Shown in pieces: positions 38,427-48,879 of a stretch of DNA of 64,000 nt (within the stretch, counting starts at the first letter, position 1; every line of letters begins with the position of its first letter). This stretch comes from Candidatus Doudnabacteria bacterium RIFCSPHIGHO2_02_FULL_43_13b. GTDB lineage: Bacteria; Patescibacteriota; Doudnabacteria; UBA920; O2-02-FULL-48-8. Below the pieces are notes generated by a model. It was not told where the DNA came from, did not search any database, and saw nothing but the letters and a program-made list of their open reading frames with translations. The DNA is taken from contig MFER01000013.1 of the NCBI GenBank assembly GCA_001777655.1, forward strand, positions 68,322 through 132,321, read 5' to 3'. The position numbers were made by a program, and so were the translations under genes.

Positions 38427-39566
38427 ATGGAAATCACAGCTCAAATTACCTCAAAAATTTCACAGGCCGCCACAGTCTTGATTATTGTGGCAGGAGATAG
38501 CGGTGATAGCCTGGCCGCCGGTTTAGCATTGCAAGGATTTCTTAAAAAACTGGAGAAGGAAACCGCTGTTTTATCCTTCACCCCGAAATTGAACAAGCTA
38601 GATTTTTTGCAAGGATTTAGGGAGGCTCGGGAAGAGCTGGATGTGACCAAAAGTTTTGTCATTGACGTCTCAACCAAGCAGACGCAAATCGAGGAACTAA
38701 GTTATAAAAAAGAGGTTGATAAACTCTCGATTTTTATTAAACCTAAAAAAGGCCAATTCGAAAAAAATGACATTAGTTTCCGCAGTTCAAACTTTCCCTT
38801 CGATTTATTAATCATGATCGGGGTTGACTCGCTGGACCGTTTGGGGCAGCTTTATAATGAAAATACGGAATTATTTTTTGAAACCCCGATTTTAAATATC
38901 GATTTTAAGGCTACTAATGAAAATTTTGGGCAATATAATCTAGTGAATTTGACTGCCACTTCCAATTCGGAAATTGTGTTTGATTTAATCAACCACATTG
39001 AGGCTACCTTTATTGATGAAGCGATCGCGACTCAACTGTTAACCGGGATTATTTCCGAAACCGAAAGTTTCCAGCATGTTCGGACTACACCCCAAACTTT
39101 TCTCAAAGCTTCCCAGTTAGTCAGTTTAGGCGCCAACCAACAGGAAATTATCTCAAGGCTTTATAAGACGAAAAGTTTGGGGTTACTAAAGCTATGGGGC
39201 CGGGTTCTTGCTCGTCTGCAGCAGGCGCCAGAAATTTCTTTGGTTTATTCGTCAATTAATCAAACCGATCTAGAACGCTCACAGGCTTCGGAAGAAGACG
39301 TTCAGACTATTATCAAGGAAATGTCGATGCAGTTAGGGTTTGCCAAACTGTTTTTATTTTTTAAAGAAGACCAGTCCAACCAAACCTCTGTTTGGTGCCA
39401 CTCCACTCTGCCGGTTGATTTAAGACAAATTTTCGCCCAGTTTAAGCCCAAACTACTCGCTTACCAGACGACCTATTTTAGTTTGAACCAACCGTTATCT
39501 GAGGCGGAAAAACAAATCGTCTCGTTGCTAAAAAGTGACATTGCCAAATATAAATTGAACATGTAA
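38427..39566 (+). CDS. DHH/NrnA-like protein with degenerate active site
   Basis: ILNIDFK in place of NIDHH, ATSNSEIV, ATQLLTGII.ET.SF. Confidence 0.7.
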   Translation: MEITAQITSKISQAATVLIIVAGDSGDSLAAGLALQGFLKKLEKETAVLSFTPKLNKLDFLQGFREAREELDVTKSFVIDVSTKQTQIEELSYKKEVDKLSIFIKPKKGQFEKNDISFRSSNFPFDLLIMIGVDSLDRLGQLYNENTELFFETPILNIDFKATNENFGQYNLVNLTATSNSEIVFDLINHIEATFIDEAIATQLLTGIISETESFQHVRTTPQTFLKASQLVSLGANQQEIISRLYKTKSLGLLKLWGRVLARLQQAPEISLVYSSINQTDLERSQASEEDVQTIIKEMSMQLGFAKLFLFFKEDQSNQTSVWCHSTLPVDLRQIFAQFKPKLLAYQTTYFSLNQPLSEAEKQIVSLLKSDIAKYKLNM

Positions 39567-39567
39567 A

Positions 39568-39596
39568 CATCCCGCCAATGGCGGGGTGTTTTTTTC
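39568..39596 (+). terminator. Rho-independent terminator
   Basis: ACATCCCGCC-AAT-GGCGGGGTGT followed by a T run. Confidence 0.7.
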
Positions 39597-39612
39597 GTGA
39601 TATACTAAAATC

Positions 39613-41253
39613 ATGTCCAACCAAGCCGATAAAGCGATGCGGCTAAAGCAGGTTTACTCTGAGCTTAATCGCAAGTTTGAAGAAGAAGAAACTCAAAGGC
39701 AAGCGCTAAAACTTAACCTTCCCTATATTAATTTATATGGTTATCCGACCGATACCCAGGCTTTAAACGTGCTGTCGAAAGAAGACGCCCAAACGCATGA
39801 CGCCGCGGTATTTTTCCGCGAAGGGCGAGTTTTAAAATTAGGGGTAGTCAAACCTTCCCCGAGCCACCAGCAATTAATTAAGGAATTAAAAGAGCTAGAC
39901 TATACCGCTGAAATATACCTAATTTCCCACAGCAGTTTGCAACACCTTTTTGGTGGTTATAATGTGCTGCTATCGACGAAACAGAGATCCTCAGAAATTA
40001 AATTGATCAGCAGCGACCCGCGGTTTAAAGCTGCTTCGATTAAAGAATTTGGTCAGCAATTATCGAAAGTTTCGGCCACGGAACTGATCGATGTGCTTTT
40101 GGGATCGGCCTTAGATTTAGATTCCTCGGATATTCATGTTGAACCAGAAGGCGCCGATTTGAAAATTCGATTTCGCATAGACGGGGTGTTACAAGACGTC
40201 GCCGCTCTTTCGTTGGATACTCACCATCAAATGGTTTCCCGAATCAAAATTTTATCCAAGATGAAACTGAATATAACAACCACTCCACAAGACGGCAGTT
40301 TCGGCCTGACTTTTAATCAATCGCAAGTGGATGTCAGGGTTTCGGTCCTCCCATCGGCTTACGGCGAATCTATCGTGATGCGGATACTGCGACAGGACAA
40401 GGGTTCATTGCAGTTTGAGGAGTTGGGGATTGTCGGATTGGCCCGCGAGCGGATTTTGAAAGAAATTGAAAAACCTAACGGCATGATTTTAACCACCGGG
40501 CCGACCGGTAGCGGCAAAACTACGACTCTCTACGCAATTTTGAAACGTCTCAACGAACCAGGGATTAAGATCATCACTTTGGAAGATCCCGTGGAATATA
40601 AGATCGAAGGGATTACCCAAACCCCGATAGATACTCGCGCTGGCATGACTTTTGCTTCGGGCCTGCGAGCCATTTTTCGACAAGATCCGGATATTATCAT
40701 GGTTGGAGAAATGCGCGATTTAGAAACTGCTGAAACCGCCTGCCAAGTCGCTTTGACCGGACACATCGTTTTGTCGACCCTCCATACCAATGATGCGCCG
40801 TCCGCGATCCCGCGGTTGTTAGATTTGGGCGTTAAACCATTTGTGCTCGCTCCCGCCATCAATGCGATCATCGCCCAGCGATTAGTGCGGAAAATTTGCA
40901 CCGCTTGCAAGGAAAGTTATAAACCGTCAGGAAGATTGCAAGAACGCGTGGAAATGATTTTGAAAGCAGTGCCCAAATCTGCTCAAGCCGACATCCCTTC
41001 AAAACTTAACTTCTACCACAGCCCGGGTTGTAGCGTATGCAAAGGTTTGGGGTATAGGGGGCGAATGGGTGTTTATGAAGCCTTTAATATTAGCGATGAG
41101 ATTGAAAAAATGATTACTCGAGGCGCTACGACTACGGAAATTCGCAACCAAGCCATCAGTGAGGGCATGTTAACTATGGCCCAGGATGGGCTATTAAAGG
41201 CCTTGCAAGGGATCACAGACGTGGAAGAAGTATTTCGGGTGACCGAAGAGTAA
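39613..41253 (+). CDS. GspE/PilB family type IV pilus assembly ATPase
   Basis: SDIHVEP, PQDG, TGPTGSGKTTTLY, EDPVEY, RQDPD, TGH..STLHTN, CxxC pairs. Confidence 0.95.
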   Translation: MSNQADKAMRLKQVYSELNRKFEEEETQRQALKLNLPYINLYGYPTDTQALNVLSKEDAQTHDAAVFFREGRVLKLGVVKPSPSHQQLIKELKELDYTAEIYLISHSSLQHLFGGYNVLLSTKQRSSEIKLISSDPRFKAASIKEFGQQLSKVSATELIDVLLGSALDLDSSDIHVEPEGADLKIRFRIDGVLQDVAALSLDTHHQMVSRIKILSKMKLNITTTPQDGSFGLTFNQSQVDVRVSVLPSAYGESIVMRILRQDKGSLQFEELGIVGLARERILKEIEKPNGMILTTGPTGSGKTTTLYAILKRLNEPGIKIITLEDPVEYKIEGITQTPIDTRAGMTFASGLRAIFRQDPDIIMVGEMRDLETAETACQVALTGHIVLSTLHTNDAPSAIPRLLDLGVKPFVLAPAINAIIAQRLVRKICTACKESYKPSGRLQERVEMILKAVPKSAQADIPSKLNFYHSPGCSVCKGLGYRGRMGVYEAFNISDEIEKMITRGATTTEIRNQAISEGMLTMAQDGLLKALQGITDVEEVFRVTEE

Positions 41254-41431
41254 TAGGAGTGAGACGATTATTAATTTTTCTATAATTATCTTTTACTATC
41301 ATTTTTTGACCGGTCGGACAAAATTTGAGAGTAATCATTTCATCCATTTTTCAATCTCCTGATCTGACTTCACCCAAGCTTGGTCGGACAAGCAGGCGTT
41401 TTTTTGATATGATAATTGTATCGATACTTCT

Positions 41432-43741
41432 ATGGAATTTAAGCAAAAACTCCTTTTAATTGATGGGCATGCGCTGTTTCATCGCGCTTATCACGCCTTG
41501 CCCAATATGACTGGGCCGGGCGGGTTTCCGACTGGCGCGATTTTCGGCTTTTTGTCCATGTTATTTAAAGCTTTGGTGGACATCAAACCGACCCATGCTT
41601 TGGTAACCTTTGACGTGCCTGGCAAAACTTTCCGCGATGAAATGGCGGCAGATTACAAAGCGCACCGCAAGGCGCCGGATGAACAGATGGTGATCCAACT
41701 CCCCAAGCTCAAAGAAATTTTGGCCGCGCTTGATATTCCAATTTATGAAAAAGAAGGATTTGAAGCCGATGATCTGCTCGGCATTATCTGTCACAAAACT
41801 TTAAAAGATGTCTTGAATATTATTGTCACTGGCGATTTGGATTTGTTGCAGCTAATCGATAATCATACCCATGTTTATCGGTTCAAAATTGGCTTTTCGG
41901 ATATCCAAATTTTCGATGCGGATAAAATGGTGGAAACTTTCGGGCTGCACCCGTCACAATGGGTGGATTACAAAGCCATCCGCGGGGATACTTCGGATAA
42001 CATTCCCGGTGTGCCAGGCATTGGTGAGAAAGGGGGCCTGGAATTGATTAAACAATTCGGATCTCTGGACGGCGTGTATGAAGCCGTAAATCAAGGAGCA
42101 GGCTCCGACGCTTCGGTCGGAGCAGGCAAAATCAAACCCGGGACCTTGAAAAAATTGATGGCTGGCAAAGATAAGGCATATTTATCTCAAAAATTAGCGC
42201 ACATTGACCAAACCAACCATCTGGATTTTGATTTTGAAGACACATTGCTTGATAAATATGATCAGGAAAAAACCAAAGAGTTATTGCATACGCTCGGAAT
42301 CAAAGCTTTGGATTCGAGACTGCCAGGGCTTAAGCAAGTTGAAAGTAAACAGGAAGCAGGAAGCAGTAAGCAGAGTGGTAAATCAAATAAATCTAATAAT
42401 CTAATCAAATCTGAAGCCCAAGCCCAAATCGCGGCATATCTTCTCGATCCCGGTCGGCGAAGTTATGATACGAGTAACTGGGACGAACTAGCTAAACAAC
42501 TGAGCGAACAGAAAAAACTTCTCGAACTTTATCAAGAGATTGAACTGCCGCTGATGCCAGTGCTTGAAAAAATGCAACAGCGCGGCGTCAAGGTGGATTT
42601 GCCTTGGCTGAAATCGTTAAGCGTGAAGCTTGAAGCGCGAATTGCAACTTTAACGAAACTGATTTACAAAGAAGCGAACATGGAATTCAATATCGCTTCC
42701 CCGATTCAACTGCGCGAAGTGCTGTTTGAGAAACTTAAGATTCCGACAGAGAATATTCGCAAAACCGGCAAAACCAAAGCGCTTTCCACGGGTGCGGAAC
42801 AGTTGGAAAAATTGCGCGGCCTGCACCCGATCATTGAATTAATCTTCGAGTATCGAGAACTGGCGAAACTCAAATCTACCTACATTGATGCGTTGCCGGA
42901 GTTAGTCGGACCAGATGACCGGATTCATACAACCTATAGCCAAACGATCTCGGCGCATGGGCGGCTGTCCTCGGTTAATCCCAATCTGCAGAATATTCCC
43001 ATCAAAACCGAACTGGGCAATAAAGTGCGCAAGGCTTTTATCGCTGATCCTGGCCAGGTCTTGTTGTCTTTGGATTATTCGCAGATTGAATTGCGCATAG
43101 CCGCGTCGTTGTCAGGGGACGCGGAGATGATTAAGATTTTTGACAAAGGCGAAGATTTTCATAGCGCCACGGCGGCGAGAATTTTCGGCGTGAAGGAGTC
43201 GGAAGTTACCCCGAAGCAACGACGCGATGCCAAAACCATTAATTTCAGCATTCTTTATGGGGTGTCAGCCTTCGGTTTATCCGAACGATCGGAAATGGAG
43301 CGGGCGGAAGCGGCCGACTATATCAAAAAATACTATGAAGCTTTTCCGCAATTGAAAGCCTATATCATGGGCCTAATTCAACTGGCCCACCAAGACGGCT
43401 TTATGACCAACCCGTTGGGTCGGATCCGTTATTTTCCGGAAATTCATGATTCGAAGTTCGCGGTTCGCACCGCGGCCGAGCGCTCGGCTGTGAATATGCC
43501 CATGCAATCGCTGGCTGCGGATATTATTAAAATGGCCATGATTGAGATTGATCAGAAATTGCCGGATCTAAAAATGCTCTTGAGTGTGCATGATGAATTA
43601 GTTTTTGAAGTAAAAGAAGGCGAGGAGAAAATTTGGGCGGCCAAAATTAAGCCGATCATGGAATCCGTCTATCAATTAAAAGTGCCAGTGATGGTGGAGG
43701 CCAAATTCGGCAAAAATTGGGCGGAGATGAAAAAGATATGA
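41432..43741 (+). CDS. polA: DNA polymerase I with 3'-5' exonuclease domain largely missing
   Basis: 5'-3' exonuclease (LIDG, EADD, GDTSDNIPGV) and polymerase (PNLQNIP, DYSQIELR, VHDEL); 769 aa. Confidence 0.96.
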   Translation: MEFKQKLLLIDGHALFHRAYHALPNMTGPGGFPTGAIFGFLSMLFKALVDIKPTHALVTFDVPGKTFRDEMAADYKAHRKAPDEQMVIQLPKLKEILAALDIPIYEKEGFEADDLLGIICHKTLKDVLNIIVTGDLDLLQLIDNHTHVYRFKIGFSDIQIFDADKMVETFGLHPSQWVDYKAIRGDTSDNIPGVPGIGEKGGLELIKQFGSLDGVYEAVNQGAGSDASVGAGKIKPGTLKKLMAGKDKAYLSQKLAHIDQTNHLDFDFEDTLLDKYDQEKTKELLHTLGIKALDSRLPGLKQVESKQEAGSSKQSGKSNKSNNLIKSEAQAQIAAYLLDPGRRSYDTSNWDELAKQLSEQKKLLELYQEIELPLMPVLEKMQQRGVKVDLPWLKSLSVKLEARIATLTKLIYKEANMEFNIASPIQLREVLFEKLKIPTENIRKTGKTKALSTGAEQLEKLRGLHPIIELIFEYRELAKLKSTYIDALPELVGPDDRIHTTYSQTISAHGRLSSVNPNLQNIPIKTELGNKVRKAFIADPGQVLLSLDYSQIELRIAASLSGDAEMIKIFDKGEDFHSATAARIFGVKESEVTPKQRRDAKTINFSILYGVSAFGLSERSEMERAEAADYIKKYYEAFPQLKAYIMGLIQLAHQDGFMTNPLGRIRYFPEIHDSKFAVRTAAERSAVNMPMQSLAADIIKMAMIEIDQKLPDLKMLLSVHDELVFEVKEGEEKIWAAKIKPIMESVYQLKVPVMVEAKFGKNWAEMKKI
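42095..42127. repeat. 24-nt hairpin insert in frame in polA
   Basis: GGAGCAGGC repeated at a 24-nt spacing around CTCCGAC-GCTTCG-GTCGGAG. Confidence 0.6.
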
Positions 43742-44385
43742 GTGAAATTAAAGCTGTAATTTTTGATATCGATAATACCTTGACCAAGAAAAATTCTTGG
43801 TGGATGATTGCTGAAGCTATGGGCATGACCATAGCAGAAGATTTGGAAATTTATGAATTATCCAAAAGGGAGAAGGTTTCTCCAAGAGAGGTGGATAAGC
43901 AACTTTTGACTTTGTGGCAAAGGAAAGGATTGGCAACCAAGAGTAATTTTGAAAAAACATTCAGAGAAATGGAGCTAAGAGATGGCGTGCTTGATTTGAT
44001 AAAGTAATTGAAGCAAAAGAGTATAAAAGTTTGTTTAATTACTGGATCGATGGGACCTTTCGCTAAAATTATCGCCGAACGAGTCGCTGCCGATGATTTC
44101 TATTTCAATACGCCTCTTAGCTATGACGAGCAGGGGAATATTACGGATTTAGTATATGAAAAAGATCAAGCGGGACATAAACTTAAGCAATTCACGGAAT
44201 TTTGTCAGAAGTATGGATTTAAACCCGAAGATTGTGTAGTAGTCGGAGATAGCGAAAATGATCTTTTGCTTTTCCTAGAAACCAAGAAAGGTATCGCGAT
44301 TCGGACTGAAGCAGAAGATAAAATTTTGGAGCCTGTCGCTTGGAAAATCATTAATAATTTAGCAGAAATAAAAAATATTTTATGA
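43738..44385 (+). pseudogene. HAD-IB family hydrolase with one in-frame TAA (44005-44007)
   Basis: FDIDNTLT before the stop; LITGS, K and VGDSEND after it in the same frame. Confidence 0.8.
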
Positions 44386-44879
44386 AACTTATAGAAACGC
44401 CCCTGGGAACGCCTGAGCAATTTAATGTTGTGATTGAAATTCCGAAGGGATCAGAAAATAAAATTGAATATGATGAGATAAAGGACGAAATGTTTGTAGA
44501 TTTTATTTTTACTGGTGGGTTTAAATTCCTATTCAATTATGGTTTTATTTCGAAGACCAAAACTGGCGACGGGGATACCTTGGACGCTATTGTTTTAGGA
44601 CCGAACCCGATTGCTTCGGGGACAGTAGTTTTATGTCGACCCGTGGGGATTATGCGGCAGTTGGATCGGGGGCAAGTGGATAATAAAATTATTGCAGTGC
44701 CAGTAAATGAACCAGAAACTATCTCGATTCAATCAATTCAAGACGTCCCCCAAGGAGAAATTCAAGCCTTTATAGAATTTTATGCCGAAGTGGCTCGGCA
44801 AAAACAGAAAACCATCGAAGTCACTGGTTTTGAAGATAAGGCGAGCGCGATCGAGGAAATAAAAAAAGCAATGATATGA
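44382..44879 (+). CDS. ppa: Inorganic pyrophosphatase, family I
   Basis: VIEIPKGS..K.EY, NYGFI..T...DGD.LD, D.KII. Confidence 0.93.
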   Translation: MKLIETPLGTPEQFNVVIEIPKGSENKIEYDEIKDEMFVDFIFTGGFKFLFNYGFISKTKTGDGDTLDAIVLGPNPIASGTVVLCRPVGIMRQLDRGQVDNKIIAVPVNEPETISIQSIQDVPQGEIQAFIEFYAEVARQKQKTIEVTGFEDKASAIEEIKKAMI

Positions 44880-44916
44880 TATACAATGCGAATACGCGAA
44901 TACGCGAATACCATAA

Positions 44917-45011
44917 CCCATCCCCGAGGCGAGGATTAGCCAAGTGATCGGGGATCTAAATAAAGCCAACTAAGATCCCCGCTCAACTTTAGGAATACTT
45001 AGCGGGGATGG
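44917..45011. repeat. RPE-like element P2, intergenic copy preceded by GCGAATAC x3
   Basis: Shares CCCATCCCCG, CGGGGATCTAAATAAAGC, AGATCCCCG and CGGGGATGG with 862-942. Confidence 0.8.
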
Positions 45012-45046
45012 TAAAAAAGCCCCGATTGTCGAGGCCTTTATGTTTC

Positions 45047-45301
45047 TTATTTCAACTTCGCAACCATCCGGCTTAGTCTGGATTTTTTGCGAGAAGCGTT
45101 ATTCTTATGAATAATGTTTTTCTTGGCAGCTTTATCCAGGGCAGCAAACGCGGCAGTTAGGGCTTTCGTCCCATCAGCCTTGGTCGCGGCCTTGTGGACC
45201 TGCTTGATGGCTTTGCGAATGGTTTCTAAAGCCTTAAGGTTAGTGACTCGGCGTTTCAGATTTTGCCGGACAGCCTTCATGGCGGATTTAGTGTTGGGCA
45301 T
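45047..45301 (-). CDS. rpsT: 30S ribosomal protein S20
   Basis: MPNTKSA.K...DKAAKKNIIHKNNASRKKSRL. Confidence 0.97.
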   Translation of the reverse strand: MPNTKSAMKAVRQNLKRRVTNLKALETIRKAIKQVHKAATKADGTKALTAAFAALDKAAKKNIIHKNNASRKKSRLSRMVAKLK

Positions 45302-45386
45302 GTTTCAAAGTAAAAGGTTAAAAGTAAAAAGTCAAAATTTGATTAGCCAAACAATGATAACAAAATTGCCTAAAAAAGACAAGGGT

Positions 45387-45656
45387 TTAATATGTTTTTG
45401 AAGTTCGCCGTTCGAGACGGAAGACTAAAATTATTTTTAGATCAATTAGAATTTTGTAGAAAATACGGTAGTTGCCGACTCTTCGGCGCCAAGTATGATC
45501 TTGGCCTTTCATTTTTTGGACATCACCGAAATAGGGATTAGTTGGCAAGAGTTTAATGACTGCTAAAATCGCCTCGGTATCGTGTTGAGGGATATTTTTT
45601 AACGCTTTGAAAACATCCGGGTCAATTCTTAAGTCCCAATTTTCTGATAGTGTCAT
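45387..45656 (-). CDS. RelE/ParE family toxin
   Basis: NPY...KMKG...WRRRVGNYRIFY. Confidence 0.88.
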   Translation of the reverse strand: MTLSENWDLRIDPDVFKALKNIPQHDTEAILAVIKLLPTNPYFGDVQKMKGQDHTWRRRVGNYRIFYKILIDLKIILVFRLERRTSKTY

Positions 45657-45900
45657 GGTAACTTAAGGATTTACCGTGTTCCAAATTTTGTTCGGCCTTA
45701 ATCAAGGCTTTTTTTTGAGCGGCAGTGGCAACAAATAGTTTCGGATCAGTTATTTCTTCCCAAATTTCCTCCTCGACGGGAGACACCCTAAAGATTGGTT
45801 CAGACCGTTTCATAACCACGACCGAATTACCATGTTTGACGTGTTTGATCCAGACGTCGACATTATTTCGAAATTCTTTTAGGCCCACAATATTTTTCAT
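45622..45900 (-). CDS. Phd/YefM-like antitoxin
   Basis: IVGLKEFRNN....V..G..VVV.KRS.P; palindrome GTTTATCTTAAGATAAAC (45931-45948) in its promoter. Confidence 0.8.
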   Translation of the reverse strand: MKNIVGLKEFRNNVDVWIKHVKHGNSVVVMKRSEPIFRVSPVEEEIWEEITDPKLFVATAAQKKALIKAEQNLEHGKSLSYHDTIRKLGLKN

Positions 45901-45959
45901 GTTTATTAAGTTAATTAAAGTTCAACTTAAGTTTATCTTAAGATAAACCTTATGTCAAG

Positions 45960-47960
45960 TTACTTGAAACTATGCCGCTTCATCCGTTGTTTTTGGCGGA
46001 TGGCTTGGATTTCATCCCGTAATTTGGCGGCTTGTTCGAAATCAAGATTGCGGGCGGCCAGATCCATCTGATCGCGCAGTTCTTCGATCGCATAAGCAAT
46101 TTCTTGCTTGGTCATTTTGGTCAGATCTCGTTGAGGGGTGAGGGGTGAGGGTTCGGGGGTGAGTTTTTGACCAGCAAGCCGAGATTCGCGAATTGCCTTT
46201 TCTATACCTTTGGGCGTGATGCCATGTTTTTTATTATAATCTTCTTGGATTTTACGGCGACGGAGGACTTCATCCGTGGCCCGCCGCATGGAACCCGTGA
46301 TTTTGTCAGCATACATAATTGCCTTGCCATCTAAATGTCTGGCTGCCCGACCCATGGTTTGGATAAGAGAGGTATCGGAGCGCAAAAATCCTTCCTTATC
46401 AGCATCAAGAATGGCAACCAGTGAAACTTCCGGCAAATCCAAGCCTTCTCGTAAAAGGTTGATCCCCACGACCACATCATAAACACCTATTCGCAAATCG
46501 CGCAAAATTTCCAACCGTTCTAGGGTCTCTACGTCAGAGTGCAGATAATGGACTTTTATCCCATATTCTGTCAGATAATTGGCCAATTCCTCGGCCATGT
46601 TTTTGGTCAAGGTAGTAACCAAGACGCGTTGGTGTTTTTTCACTCGAATTTGGATTTCCTCCATTAAATCATCAATCTGATTTTTCGTCGGCCGAATCTC
46701 GATCTTAGGATCCAACAGGCCGGTTGGTCGGATCAACTGCTCGGCGACTTGTTTTGAGATTTTAAGCTCGCGGTCTTTCACCGGGGTAGCAGAAACAAAA
46801 ATTGTCTGGCCGATTTTTTTCTCAAATTCCTCGAATTTTAAAGGCCGGTTATCGGCAGCAGACGGTAGGCGAAAACCGTAATCAATCAAAGTTTTTTTGC
46901 GGGATTGGTCGCCCAAATACATCCCACCGATTTGCGGCAGTGTCATGTGAGATTCGTCGATAAACAGCAGAAAATCGTCAGGGAAATAATCCAGCAGGGT
47001 AGATGGCGGTTCTCCGGCCTTACGAAAGTCTAGCTGCCGAGAGTAGTTTTCAATCCCTGAGACAAACCCTGTTTCCAGCATCATTTCGATATCGAAATTT
47101 GTTCGCTGCTCAATCCTTTGGGCTTCGAGTTCCTTTCCTTGTTTTTTGAAAAATTTAACCTGATCGGCAAGTTCCTTTCGGATATTGCCAATCGCCGCCA
47201 TTAGCTTTTCTCTCGGTGTGACGAAATGTTTAGCTGGAAAAATAGTATATTCATCCAAGGTCCCGAGATCTTGACCAGTCAGAGGATTGTGCTGGGAAAT
47301 TTTTTCCACCCTATCACCATCAAAATTAAACCGCAAGACCCAATCAGAGGAAGCGGGGATAATTTCGATGACGTCTCCTCTGACGCGGAACGTTCCGCGC
47401 TCTAAATTAATGTCGTTTCGTAAAAACTGCAGATCGGTTAAGCGCCGTAAAAATTTATCTCGCTTGAAAGTCTCACCAATCCTAACTGGAATTGATAATT
47501 CCAAATAATCGTCCGGGGAACCCAAGCCATAGATACACGAAACAGAAGCGACGATCAGGACGTCTTTGCGAGAAAGGAGGCTTTCGGTGGCGGCATTGCG
47601 CAATTTATCAATCTCTTCGTTAATTTCCGTTTCTTTTTCGATATAAGTGTCAGAGCGCGGGATATAGGCCTCCGGTTGATAGTAATCATAATAAGAGACA
47701 AAATAGTGCACAGCGTTATCTGGAAAGAAATTTTGAAACTCTGAGGCTAATTGCGCCGCTAAGGTTTTATTATGAGAAATGATTAAAGTTGGTTTTTGGA
47801 GTTTTTCGATAACGTTGGCCATGGTAAAAGTTTTACCTGAGCCTGTCACCCCCAAAAGCGTTTGGTAGCGGTATTTTTTGGCCAGACCCGCAACTAGTTT
47901 GTCGATGGCATCTGGTTGATCCCCCGCGGGTTTGAAATCGGAATGAATCTTAAACGGCAT
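45960..47960 (-). CDS. uvrB: Excinuclease ABC subunit B
   Basis: [36 protein letters not shown]-terminal UVR domain. Confidence 0.99.
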   Translation of the reverse strand: MPFKIHSDFKPAGDQPDAIDKLVAGLAKKYRYQTLLGVTGSGKTFTMANVIEKLQKPTLIISHNKTLAAQLASEFQNFFPDNAVHYFVSYYDYYQPEAYIPRSDTYIEKETEINEEIDKLRNAATESLLSRKDVLIVASVSCIYGLGSPDDYLELSIPVRIGETFKRDKFLRRLTDLQFLRNDINLERGTFRVRGDVIEIIPASSDWVLRFNFDGDRVEKISQHNPLTGQDLGTLDEYTIFPAKHFVTPREKLMAAIGNIRKELADQVKFFKKQGKELEAQRIEQRTNFDIEMMLETGFVSGIENYSRQLDFRKAGEPPSTLLDYFPDDFLLFIDESHMTLPQIGGMYLGDQSRKKTLIDYGFRLPSAADNRPLKFEEFEKKIGQTIFVSATPVKDRELKISKQVAEQLIRPTGLLDPKIEIRPTKNQIDDLMEEIQIRVKKHQRVLVTTLTKNMAEELANYLTEYGIKVHYLHSDVETLERLEILRDLRIGVYDVVVGINLLREGLDLPEVSLVAILDADKEGFLRSDTSLIQTMGRAARHLDGKAIMYADKITGSMRRATDEVLRRRKIQEDYNKKHGITPKGIEKAIRESRLAGQKLTPEPSPLTPQRDLTKMTKQEIAYAIEELRDQMDLAARNLDFEQAAKLRDEIQAIRQKQRMKRHSFK

Positions 47961-47961
47961 A

Positions 47962-48057
47962 CCAGGTAGTAGAAATTTGATTAATGCTTAAATTTACTGC
48001 AAGGTGTTATATTAATCTGTTCGCGAAGCGAACAGATATGAAATTTTCACTACCTGG
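47962..48057. mobile_element. MITE-like element family B abutting the uvrB start
   Basis: TIRs CCAGGTAGTAGAAATTT / AAATTTTCACTACCTGG; CATA (TATG on minus) on both sides. Confidence 0.8.
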
Positions 48058-48127
48058 CATAGTAAATTTCATTGTAGCAGAAATTTGTTGCGGGTGTATA
48101 GACCAACAGAGTATAATACGTTTATGA

Positions 48128-48274
48128 CCCAGTAATACAACTTCGATGCTTTTGCCCCTAAATGGTTTTTGAATTAACCTTCATTAGTTATATGACTAAG
48201 AATACAGTTAATAATAATGGTTTTTTTAGCGCAAAAGCGCACACAAAAACCATTATCGAAGTTGATATACTGGG
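48128..48274. mobile_element. MITE-like element family C abutting the ruvA start
   Basis: TIRs CCCAGTAATACAACTTCGAT / ATCGAAGTTGATATACTGGG; ATGA on both sides. Confidence 0.82.
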
Positions 48275-48841
48275 ATGATTGGATCAATTAAAGGCAGGGT
48301 TTCCAACAAAGGCACAGGGTACGCCATCCTGGATACTGGCAGTGTTGGCTATAAGATTTTTATTACTCCCACGCTTTGGGCGACCTTGAAGTTAAATCAA
48401 GAGATTGTTTTAATGATTCATACTTATGTTCGAGAGGATCAGCTCACTTTATATGGATTTCCCAGTTTACCAGAACTAGAATTTTTTGAACTACTCCTGA
48501 CTGTTTCCGGCGTCGGACCCAAATCGGCTTTAGGGATCATGTCTTTAGCTTCGATTGAGATGATCAAATCAGCGATCGTGTCAGAGGATCCGTCGGTGTT
48601 TACTAAAGTATCAGGGATTGGCAGAAAAACGGCGGAACGCGTAATTTTGGAATTGAAAGAAAAACTAAAAGATGAATCGTCGTCAACTCCGGTCGCCAAA
48701 GAACATTCGGATGCGATGGACGCCCTGATCGCGCTGGGGTACACTCAACAACAAGCCCGGGAAGTCTTAAAAACTGTACCCAAAGATGTGGTGGATTTGC
48801 AGGCCAAAATTAAGATGGCATTGAAGAGTTTAAATAAGTAA
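48275..48841 (+). CDS. ruvA: Holliday junction DNA-binding protein RuvA
   Basis: VGY, VRED..LYGF, VSGVGPK, GIGRKTAER, AL..LGY. Confidence 0.97.
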   Translation: MIGSIKGRVSNKGTGYAILDTGSVGYKIFITPTLWATLKLNQEIVLMIHTYVREDQLTLYGFPSLPELEFFELLLTVSGVGPKSALGIMSLASIEMIKSAIVSEDPSVFTKVSGIGRKTAERVILELKEKLKDESSSTPVAKEHSDAMDALIALGYTQQQAREVLKTVPKDVVDLQAKIKMALKSLNK

Positions 48842-48879
48842 GCAGGAAGTAGTAATCAGTAAGTAGATACGTCACCGAT

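Noticed and set aside
44005-44007. Stop-codon reassignment
   Set aside because: TAA, TAG and TGA all terminate conserved genes in this window; one internal TAA does not indicate recoding
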